Assembly: GCA_001603055.1 (NCBI GenBank)
Contig: LVAZ01000176.1
Span: forward strand, 1-34,369
Origin: Victivallales bacterium Lenti_02
GTDB taxonomy: Bacteria; Verrucomicrobiota; Lentisphaeria; Oligosphaerales; Lenti-02
DNA length: 34,369 bases
Direction: 5' to 3'
The first letter of the stretch is position 1, and every line of letters starts with the position of its first letter. Of the stretch, positions 1-7,066 are shown one piece after another. The translations under genes and the position numbers were made by a program. The notes below the pieces were generated by a model. The model was not told the origin of the DNA, ran no database searches, and was given only the letters and a program-made list of their open reading frames with translations.

Positions 1-1
1 C

Positions 2-271
2 CGGAAACCCCGTTTCGCGGTCGAGAACCGCCAGCGGGTGGCCGCTTTGCTGGCCGAGTTCGAGCCGGTGCGGGCGAAGCACGGCATCGATTTCGCGCAG
101 TTGGCCATTGCCTGGACGGTGGCCCAGCGCGGCTGTAGCCATGCCCTGGTCGGCGCCCGCAATCCCGAGCAGGCGGTGGCCAATGCCAAGGCCGGCTCGG
201 TGCAGCTCGACCGCGAGGATTTGGCCCTGCTCGACCGCGCCCTGGCCGTCCACGGCCCCGCCATCGTCTAG
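2..271 (+). CDS. aldo/keto reductase family oxidoreductase, C-terminal fragment (5' end outside window)
   Basis: The frame is open from the window edge to TAG 269-271. The tail HGIDFAQLAIAWTVAQRGCSHALVGARNPEQAVANAKA...LDREDLALLD resembles the conserved C-terminal segment of AKR proteins. Confidence 0.6.
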   Translation, partial: RKPRFAVENRQRVAALLAEFEPVRAKHGIDFAQLAIAWTVAQRGCSHALVGARNPEQAVANAKAGSVQLDREDLALLDRALAVHGPAIV

Positions 272-292
272 CCGCACTTCCGGAGACCCGCC

Positions 293-1027
293 ATGCACCA
301 GCTTGTCTCGCTCACCGTCGCCGAATCCAAGCGCCTTATCGCCAAGGGAATCGTCCGCTGGGAAGTGGTCCGCCACGCCCTCGATCACGGGATCGTGGCG
401 GTGGGGTCCGGCACCACCAACGGCTATATCATCGAGGAACTGACCGGCCAGCCGTTCGACAAGAAGTCGCTGGTCACGGGGCGCACCCTCCCCGCCAACT
501 ACAACGGGCCGAAAATCAGCTATAGCGGTTCCGATCTGGTGCTGCGCAAAGGGGAGCGCCTGGCGGTGGCCGCCAAGGAGATTCTCGAGGAGATGGGGCC
601 GGGCGATGTGTTCATGAAGGGGGCGAACGCCCTCAACTACGAACGGCGGCAGGCGGGGGTGCTCATCGGCCACCCCACCGGCGGCAACGTGGGCATGGCC
701 ATCGGCCCCTGCGTGGGGCGGCGCATCCGCTTTGTCCATCCCGTGGGCCTCGAAAAATCCGTGAGCACCGACCTGGTCGAGGCGGCGGCGATGATCAACC
801 GGGACCCGGCGGGCAAGGGCTGCACGCTGTGGGTGGTGCCCGGGGACATCTTCACCGAGATCGAGGCGCTGGACGTGCTCACCGGGGTCCGGGCGGTGCA
901 GGTGGGCGCGGGCGGCATCGGCGGGGCCGAGGGCGCGGTCTGGCTGGCCTTGTTCGGCACGGCCAAGCAACTGGCCGCCGCCGAGGAACTGCTCGCGGGC
1001 CTGCGCAACGAGCCACCCTTCGTCTGA
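293..1027 (+). CDS. conserved-looking hypothetical protein (possible ISOCOT-like sugar-phosphate binding fold, weak)
   Basis: 244-aa ORF with GC3-rich coding bias, 21 nt after the AKR gene. The GSGTTNGY and KGANAL motifs are reminiscent of RpiA/DeoR-C type folds, but I recognise no family with certainty. Confidence 0.55.
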   Translation: MHQLVSLTVAESKRLIAKGIVRWEVVRHALDHGIVAVGSGTTNGYIIEELTGQPFDKKSLVTGRTLPANYNGPKISYSGSDLVLRKGERLAVAAKEILEEMGPGDVFMKGANALNYERRQAGVLIGHPTGGNVGMAIGPCVGRRIRFVHPVGLEKSVSTDLVEAAAMINRDPAGKGCTLWVVPGDIFTEIEALDVLTGVRAVQVGAGGIGGAEGAVWLALFGTAKQLAAAEELLAGLRNEPPFV

Positions 1028-1076
1028 GCCTGACGGGACGGCGCCGGAAAAATTCACCAATCCTTCACACGAGGGG

Positions 1077-1105
1077 TTGACTCGGCGAACCCGGACGATT
1101 ATATC
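1077..1105 (+). promoter_or_regulatory. sigma70-like promoter candidate (TTGACT-N17-TATATC)
   Basis: TTGACT at 1077-1082 and TATATC at 1100-1105 with a 17-nt spacer. It sits in the 171-nt intergenic gap about 94 nt upstream of the ATG at 1199. Confidence 0.45.
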
Positions 1106-1198
1106 AGTTCCAGGAATCTCCTCCGTTCGGGGGAATTGCGACCGGGATCGGTCGCCCCCGGTGGTTCGGGAGCAGGCTTGGTTACGGGAGTTCGGGTC

Positions 1199-1864
1199 AT
1201 GGGCAGAAACCGGGACACGAGAGGGCGCTTCACACTGATCGAGTTACTGGTGGTGATCGCCATCATCGCCATCCTGGCCTCGATGCTCCTGCCGGCCCTG
1301 CAGCAGGCGCGGGCCAAGGCCAGGCAGATTTCCTGCACCTCGAATCTCAAGCAGTTGGGCTTGGGATTGTTCATGTACCAGAACGACAGCAACGGCTACT
1401 ACGTGAACAAGTGCGTCAACCGCAGTGCCGACGACATGCAACTGTACTGGTACAAGAAGACCGAGTCCTACTACAACGATCCGAAGGTGCTGCTGTGCCC
1501 GGACCGCCCCTGGGCCGGCGGCAAATGCGCGTGCGGCAGTTCGGAGGACCGACCCAGCAACCCCTCCTACGACATGCCCTGCTCGGGCACGTCCGCCAGC
1601 AGTTTCTCGATGGGCTACGCCAACAGCACCACCCACCGCGCGGATGCCCAGATCATCGTTCCCAGCGCCACCATCTACATCTCCGACATCTATTGCTCCG
1701 CCACCAACATGGCCGTCGGCACCACCTCCCCGGCGATCGAGTACCGGATGCTCCAGGCCACCTCGATGCGCCACAACAATGGTTTCAACGCTCTCTGGGT
1801 GGATGGCCACGCCGAGTGGAAGAACTATCCGCGCTACAGCTACTGGACCATCGCGGACGACTGA
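1199..1864 (+). CDS. prepilin-type N-terminal cleavage/methylation domain protein, DUF1559 / H-X9-DG type (copy 1)
   Basis: N-terminus [34 protein letters not shown] (class III signal-like hydrophobic helix with Glu at +5). C-terminal [11 protein letters not shown] matches the H-X9-DG style ending. I chose the internal ATG at 1199 (GGGAG 7 nt upstream) rather than the ORF-track start at 1136. Confidence 0.85.
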   Translation: MGRNRDTRGRFTLIELLVVIAIIAILASMLLPALQQARAKARQISCTSNLKQLGLGLFMYQNDSNGYYVNKCVNRSADDMQLYWYKKTESYYNDPKVLLCPDRPWAGGKCACGSSEDRPSNPSYDMPCSGTSASSFSMGYANSTTHRADAQIIVPSATIYISDIYCSATNMAVGTTSPAIEYRMLQATSMRHNNGFNALWVDGHAEWKNYPRYSYWTIADD

Positions 1865-1950
1865 GCTGGCGGAACCGGGTGCCAGGGCGCATATTGCTGG
1901 AATAGGCGGCGGGTTTGCCGCCCGGCTGTTCCATCCGGGGTGAAACCGTT

Positions 1951-2529
1951 ATGCGATCTTCACTATGCGCCTGCGCGAAACGGATTATGGGCCGGGATGG
2001 GGGATTGCTGGCGATGCTGGGGCTGCTGGTGGGGTGCGGGGGCGGGGGAATGCCCTCGGGCCTGACGCCGGTTACCGGTTTCCAACTGGACCGCTATCTC
2101 GGCACCTGGTACGAAATCGCCCGGCTCGACCATTCCTTCGAGCGGGGCCTGACCCATGTCAGCGCCGCCTACAGCCTGAACGGGGACGGCACGGTGCGGG
2201 TGGTCAACCGGGGCTATGATCCCGCGAAGCGGGAATGGCGGCAGGCGGTCGGTCGCGCCAAATTCGTCGGCGACCCGGCGACGGGCCGACTCAAGGTCTC
2301 CTTCTTCGGCCCCTTCTACGGCGGCTACAACATCATCGCCCTCGATCCCGACTATGGCCACGCCGTCGTCTGCGGCCCCACGCGCGGCTATTTCTGGATT
2401 CTGGCGCGGGAGCCCCGCCTGCCCGACGAGGTCTTGGCAGGATTGGTCGAGCAGGCGAAACGCTGGAATTTCGCGGCCGACGAGCTGATTTTCGTCCAGC
2501 AGGACAATCCCCCGCCCGCCGAACCGTAG
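1951..2529 (+). CDS. blc: bacterial lipocalin (outer-membrane lipoprotein Blc)
   Basis: Lipobox LLVGC in the N-terminal signal. Core FQLDRYLGTWYEIARLDHSFERG ... GYFWILAREP is the characteristic Blc lipocalin signature. The start is uncertain among several in-frame Met codons. Confidence 0.85.
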   Translation: MRSSLCACAKRIMGRDGGLLAMLGLLVGCGGGGMPSGLTPVTGFQLDRYLGTWYEIARLDHSFERGLTHVSAAYSLNGDGTVRVVNRGYDPAKREWRQAVGRAKFVGDPATGRLKVSFFGPFYGGYNIIALDPDYGHAVVCGPTRGYFWILAREPRLPDEVLAGLVEQAKRWNFAADELIFVQQDNPPPAEP

Positions 2530-2543
2530 CGCCGGAGCCCGCC

Positions 2544-3689
2544 ATGCTGCCGAAAGAACGTGTCCAGGCCGCCTTCGAGCATCGCCCCAGCGACAAGGTC
2601 CCCGTCTACCAGGCCGGGTTCTCCTCCTACGCCGGGTCCATCGTGCTGGGCCGCGAGGCCTATACCGGGGGCGGCATCCAGCAGTACCGCGAGGCGCGCG
2701 CCCTGTGGAACGGCCCCGACGCCCATGCCGAATTCCTCGCCCGGAGCCGGGCGGACGCCTTCGAGATCGCCGAGGTGCTCGACCTCGACCTCATCCGCCC
2801 CTCGTACTGGCGGATGAACGAGAAGCCTACCCGCAAGATCGACGAACTCACCTACGTCTACGGCGACGAGGCGGGGGACAAGTGGCGGATCATGAGCTTC
2901 GATCCCACCACCGAACTCTACCAGATCGTCGCCAGGGCCCCCGCGCCCGAGCCGACGCTGGCGAGCCTCGAACGCTCCCTGCCCGCCGGACCGTCCGATC
3001 CCGCCGCCCATCGTCCCCAACCCTCGAACTGGCCCGATCTGGTGGCGGCGGTGGAGCGGTTCGGCAACCATCGCGCCATTCCCGGCACCGGCACCAGCCT
3101 CTGCATCCCCCGCGAAACCATCTGGCTGGAGGCTTGCCTGCTGCGTCCCGAGCTGGTGGCGCGGCATCTGGACCGGCAGGTGGCGCGGGTGGCCGGAAAC
3201 GTGGCCGCTATGGCCGAGCTGGGATTGACCTATCTCTGCGGCGGCGGGGATTTCGCGGGGCCGCAGGGACCGATGTACTCGCCGCGTGTCTTCCATGATC
3301 TCATGGCCCCCAGACTGGCGGAAATCTCGCGGCTCTGCCATGCCGGCGGCTGCTATCACGGATTTGCCAGCGACGGGAATCTGTGGCCGGTGGCGGACGA
3401 TTTGTTCGGCCGGTCGGGCGTGGATTTCTTCTACGAGCTGGACCGCCGGGCGGGTATGGACCTGCGCCGCATGCGCCAGACGTTCCCGCGTCTCACCCTC
3501 TGGGGCGGAATCTGTTCCGAAACCCTGCATCTGGGCACCCCCGAGGAGGTCCGCACCGAAACCCTGACCGCCCTCGAGGTGGCCCGGGAATTTGGCGGCA
3601 TGGTGGTGGGCTGCTCGAACCAGATTGTCATCGGCACGCCGCCCCGCAATCTCGACGTGATGCTGGAAACCCTGCGCGACCAGCGCTGA
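2544..3689 (+). CDS. uroporphyrinogen decarboxylase (URO-D/MtaA-like) family protein, copy A
   Basis: Begins MLPKERVQAAFEHRPSDKVPVY, the typical N-terminus of URO-D family proteins. It also has a later GGGDFAGPQGPMYSPRVF block. It lies 14 nt after blc. The upstream part of the 2235 ORF is Arg/Pro-rich non-coding-looking read-through. Confidence 0.6.
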   Translation: MLPKERVQAAFEHRPSDKVPVYQAGFSSYAGSIVLGREAYTGGGIQQYREARALWNGPDAHAEFLARSRADAFEIAEVLDLDLIRPSYWRMNEKPTRKIDELTYVYGDEAGDKWRIMSFDPTTELYQIVARAPAPEPTLASLERSLPAGPSDPAAHRPQPSNWPDLVAAVERFGNHRAIPGTGTSLCIPRETIWLEACLLRPELVARHLDRQVARVAGNVAAMAELGLTYLCGGGDFAGPQGPMYSPRVFHDLMAPRLAEISRLCHAGGCYHGFASDGNLWPVADDLFGRSGVDFFYELDRRAGMDLRRMRQTFPRLTLWGGICSETLHLGTPEEVRTETLTALEVAREFGGMVVGCSNQIVIGTPPRNLDVMLETLRDQR

Positions 3690-3711
3690 AGCGGCTTGGA
3701 GATGTCCCCCC

Positions 3712-4518
3712 ATGTTCAGGGTGCTGCCGGAAATCACCAGCGTCGGCGAAATGATCTTCGACCCGCACTGGGCCACCAAACCCCATGCCGACGCCGCCCA
3801 TGAGCTGCTCCATGTCATCAAGGGCAGCATGGTGCTGACCTATCCGGCCGGACCCAAATTCCGGGCCGAGAGCGGTGACACGCTCTTCAACCCGGCTGGC
3901 TGCGAGCATCGCGATGTCTTCGACCTCGACGACGAGCTGGATATTTTCTTCGTCCAGTTCAAGTGGGAGCATGCCGGGGAGTTCTTCCGCCAGGTGGACA
4001 ACCGGTCCCTGAAAAACCTGCCCCCCGAGACCGATTCGGAAATCCGGCGGATTTTCGACGCCATGCGCGGCGATTATGGTTCGGGGGAGGGCGACCGGGC
4101 GGTCGCCAACGCCCGGCTCATGAATATCCTGCTGCTCATCCACCGCGCCGTGACCGCCCCCCGTCCCGGGCCGGAGGCGGGCGGCGGCAAGCGGAAACGC
4201 CTGGTGAACCGGGCCAGGGCCTACATCGACCGGTTCTTCCGCAACTCCATCCGCCTCGAGGACGTGGCCGAGGATTTGCAGGTCAGCCCCTTCTACCTCT
4301 CGCGTGTCTTCAGCCGCGAAAGCGACTTCTCGCTGGTCGAGTATCTGACCGAGAAACGGCTCGGCGAGGCCAAGAAACTGCTGGCCGAGGGGCGCTTCCA
4401 GGTGGCCGAGGTGGCCCGGATGGTGGGCTACGAGGACGCCAACTATTTCTCGAAGGTTTTCAAGCGTCGGGTCGGCTGTCCCCCCGGAATCTATCGGCGA
4501 GGGCAAAATCCTACCTGA
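3712..4518 (+). CDS. AraC family transcriptional regulator (cupin-like N-domain + HTH)
   Basis: C-terminal LEDVAEDLQVSPFYLSRVFSRESDFSLVEYLTEKRLGEAKKLL...VARMVGYEDANYFSKVFKRRVGCPPGIYRR is a textbook AraC double HTH. GGAGA lies 9 nt upstream of the ATG. Confidence 0.9.
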   Translation: MFRVLPEITSVGEMIFDPHWATKPHADAAHELLHVIKGSMVLTYPAGPKFRAESGDTLFNPAGCEHRDVFDLDDELDIFFVQFKWEHAGEFFRQVDNRSLKNLPPETDSEIRRIFDAMRGDYGSGEGDRAVANARLMNILLLIHRAVTAPRPGPEAGGGKRKRLVNRARAYIDRFFRNSIRLEDVAEDLQVSPFYLSRVFSRESDFSLVEYLTEKRLGEAKKLLAEGRFQVAEVARMVGYEDANYFSKVFKRRVGCPPGIYRRGQNPT

Positions 4519-4547
4519 ATGAGCAAAAAGTTCCCCCTGCACCCCCC

Positions 4548-4575
4548 TTGTGGGTTGGTCTGGATCGCCTAGAAT
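4548..4575 (+). promoter_or_regulatory. sigma70-like promoter candidate (TTGTGG-N16-TAGAAT)
   Basis: TTGTGG at 4548-4553 and TAGAAT at 4570-4575 in the gap between araC-like and degT-like genes. The downstream AAGGAG (4614-4619) and ATG 4628 fit a leader of about 45 nt. Confidence 0.35.
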
Positions 4576-4627
4576 GATGGTGTGCATCGAGTTCCGGCGA
4601 TTCAACCAGTCCGACAAGGAGCGTTCC

Positions 4628-5914
4628 ATGAGCGAGTTGGCGGTGTATGGCGGCCCGAAGACGATCCAGCCCGGCGAGGTGAAACCCTGGCCCCCGATTG
4701 ATAAGAGCGACGAGGAGATGGTGCTGGACGCCCTCTACTCCCCGGTCCAGACGCGGGGCAAGCACAGCATCGAGTTCGAGAAGGAGTTCGCCGCCTGGAA
4801 CGGCAACCAGTACGCGGTGTTTACCAACAGCGGCACCGCCGCCCTGCACATGGGCATCGCCGGCTGCGGCGTCGGGGCCGGCGACCATGTGCTGGTCACC
4901 GCCTACACCTGGAGTTCCAGCGCCACCTGCATCCTCCATCACGACGCCATCCCCATCTTCGTGGACATCGATTTCGACACCTTCCTGATGGACCCGGCCA
5001 AGATCGAGGCGGCGATCACCCCGCGGACCAAGGCCATCGTGGTGGTCCACCTGCACGGGCTGTGCGTGGACATGGATGCGGTGATGGACATCGCCAAACG
5101 CCACAACCTCCGCGTCATCGAGGACGCCTGCCAGGCGCACGGGGCCACCTTCAAGGGCCGCAAGGCCGGCAGCATGGGCCATTGCGCGGCCTTCTCCCTG
5201 AACCAGAACAAATGCCTGTGCAGCGGCGAGGGCGGCATCTTCGTCACCAATGACGAGGCCATCTACCGCAACGCCTGCAAGCTCTGGAGCTTCGGCGAGA
5301 CCGCCCGGCCCGAGGAATCCCGCGACTTCCACGCCTACGCCCTCGGCTGGATGTACCGCAACAACGAACTGACCGCCGCCCTGGCCCGCAGCCAGTTCCG
5401 CAAGTACGGCTACTATTTCGACAATCTCCGCGCCAATGGCGAGCACCTGCTCGCGAATCTCGGCGGCATCAAGGGACTGCTGCTGCCCCAGGTGCCGGCG
5501 GACTGCGTCCACAACTGGTACAACTTCAACCTGAGGATTGACTTCGACGCTCTGGGCATGGGCGGGGACGTTGCCGCGAAGGTGCGGTTCCGCGACGCGG
5601 TCTGCAAGGCGATAGCGGCCGAGGGGGTGGCGGTCTCCGTCTGGCAACGCTTCATCCTGCCGGAAATGACTGTCTTCCGGGCGAAAAACGCCTACGGCGG
5701 CGGCTATCCGTGGAGCATCCCCGGTGCCGACGACGGCGTGACCTACAACCCGGAGGACTACCCCAACGCCCTCCGCTACAGCAGGTGCCACATGTCCATC
5801 GTGCAGACCCTCCGCGCCCCGAACGGCCTGGACATCGCCCAGAAGGTCGTCGAGGCCGTGCGCAAGGTCTTCGCCAACATCGGCCGGATCGAGCCGGACA
5901 GGATTCTCGGCTGA
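4628..5914 (+). CDS. DegT/DnrJ/EryC1/StrS family PLP-dependent aminotransferase
   Basis: Family-typical blocks: FEKEFAAWNGNQYAVFTNSGTAALHMG, IEDACQAHGA, and SLNQNKCLCSGEGG (PLP-lysine context). Start chosen at ATG 4628 with AAGGAG 8 nt upstream. Confidence 0.85.
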   Translation: MSELAVYGGPKTIQPGEVKPWPPIDKSDEEMVLDALYSPVQTRGKHSIEFEKEFAAWNGNQYAVFTNSGTAALHMGIAGCGVGAGDHVLVTAYTWSSSATCILHHDAIPIFVDIDFDTFLMDPAKIEAAITPRTKAIVVVHLHGLCVDMDAVMDIAKRHNLRVIEDACQAHGATFKGRKAGSMGHCAAFSLNQNKCLCSGEGGIFVTNDEAIYRNACKLWSFGETARPEESRDFHAYALGWMYRNNELTAALARSQFRKYGYYFDNLRANGEHLLANLGGIKGLLLPQVPADCVHNWYNFNLRIDFDALGMGGDVAAKVRFRDAVCKAIAAEGVAVSVWQRFILPEMTVFRAKNAYGGGYPWSIPGADDGVTYNPEDYPNALRYSRCHMSIVQTLRAPNGLDIAQKVVEAVRKVFANIGRIEPDRILG

Positions 5915-5942
5915 GTTGGCCGCTGCCGTCGAGTTTGGCTTT

Positions 5943-5999
5943 GCAGGCTACCGGTGGGGAAGTTACGGTAGGGCGGAATGCCCGGTAGCCTGCTTATTT
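5943..5999 (+). terminator. long perfect inverted repeat followed by TTATTT (putative terminator or structured RNA element)
   Basis: GCAGGCTACCGG (5943-5954) and CCGGTAGCCTGC (5982-5993) are exact reverse complements, followed by TTATTT. The element starts 29 nt after the degT-like stop. The 27-nt loop contains a second CGGTAG (5966-5971) that can pair alternatively with the left arm. Confidence 0.4.
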
Positions 6000-6015
6000 C
6001 CCCAAACAGGATGGT

Positions 6016-6966
6016 GTGGCCATGATGACGGTGCGGTGGCGGTCGGTTTGCGCGTGGCTGTTGGTTCTGGTCCCGGTTCTGGCTCAGGAAACCTACGACT
6101 GGAGCCAGGCCACCGAACTGGTCCCCGGTATCCGCCACACCAGCGCCGTGGTCGAACTGCCGAACGCGGTCGGCCTGAATGGCCCCTATCTGCGCGATTT
6201 CGACCCCGAGAAGCCCCGGCCGATCCGCATGCAGGTGGCCCGCATCGACACGCGGCAGCCGGGACTGCGCTTCACCGCCACCGGCCGCGCCGAGGGCTGG
6301 GGCGAACCGATTCCCGAGATTCCGGAGGACAAGAACGGCCCCTTTCTCATCCGCACTCTGCGGCAGACCACCCGGCAGTTCGCGCAGGCGGAACGGGCGG
6401 CGGGGAGGCCGGTCGTGCTGGCCATCAACACGGCACCCTGGAGTCCCTTCGGCGGCACGTCCACTCCCTACGCGGACCGCATGGGCCTGGCAGTCAGCGG
6501 CGGTCTGCTGGTCGCGCCCGCCAACGGCCGTCCCTCGCTGGTGGTCCGCGCCGACGGCAGCGTCGATCTCGTGGCGACCACTGCCGAGACCGACACTGCC
6601 GGAATCCAGGTCGCGGCCAGCGGCTTCCAGTTCTGTCTGGTCAAGGGGGAGCCAGTGGCCCCGGACAAGGTGTTGCATCCGCGCACGGGCATCGGATTGT
6701 GCGCGGAGAAACGGTTTCTGATCTTTCTGGTGGTGGACGGGCGGCAGGCGGATACCCACGGCGTCACCGTGCGGGAAGTGGGCGAATGGCTGCGCCACTA
6801 CGGGGCCAGCGACGGGCTGAACATGGACGGTGGCGGCTCCACCACCATGGTCCTCTGGAACCCCAGGCGCAATGCCTACGGGGTCGCCAACAAGCCCTCC
6901 GACGGCGAACGGAAAAACGGTAGCAACCTCGGTGTCTTTTTCGCCAGGGAACCCGCCGCCGAATAG
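6016..6966 (+). CDS. secreted phosphodiester glycosidase family protein (NAGPA/DUF2233-like)
   Basis: Signal peptide MMTVRWRSVCAWLLVLVPVLAQE. GLNMDGGGSTTMV is the hallmark motif of this family. GTG 6016 or ATG 6022/6025 are possible starts. Confidence 0.7.
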   Translation: MAMMTVRWRSVCAWLLVLVPVLAQETYDWSQATELVPGIRHTSAVVELPNAVGLNGPYLRDFDPEKPRPIRMQVARIDTRQPGLRFTATGRAEGWGEPIPEIPEDKNGPFLIRTLRQTTRQFAQAERAAGRPVVLAINTAPWSPFGGTSTPYADRMGLAVSGGLLVAPANGRPSLVVRADGSVDLVATTAETDTAGIQVAASGFQFCLVKGEPVAPDKVLHPRTGIGLCAEKRFLIFLVVDGRQADTHGVTVREVGEWLRHYGASDGLNMDGGGSTTMVLWNPRRNAYGVANKPSDGERKNGSNLGVFFAREPAAE

Positions 6967-7066
6967 GTGAACCTGGCGTTGCAACTTCGTGCTATCGGAA
7001 TAGCGGCCACGGGGGTCTTGGGCTAGGCTCTCCCCCGTTCCTATCCACGTAATTGGAGATGTCACC

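Noticed and set aside
1138-1155. GCGACCG-GGAT-CGGTCGC hairpin in the DUF1559 copy 1 leader, sharing the GCGACC/GGTCGC core with the glnS leader hairpin (21961-21980)
   Set aside because: The shared 6-mer is short and GC-rich, so chance recurrence is plausible in this genome. There is no third copy in a comparable context.
1905-1922. GGCGGC-GGGTTT-GCCGCC hairpin after DUF1559 copy 1 as a terminator
   Set aside because: The stem is short (6 bp) with no downstream U-tract, and the blc start follows within 30 nt.
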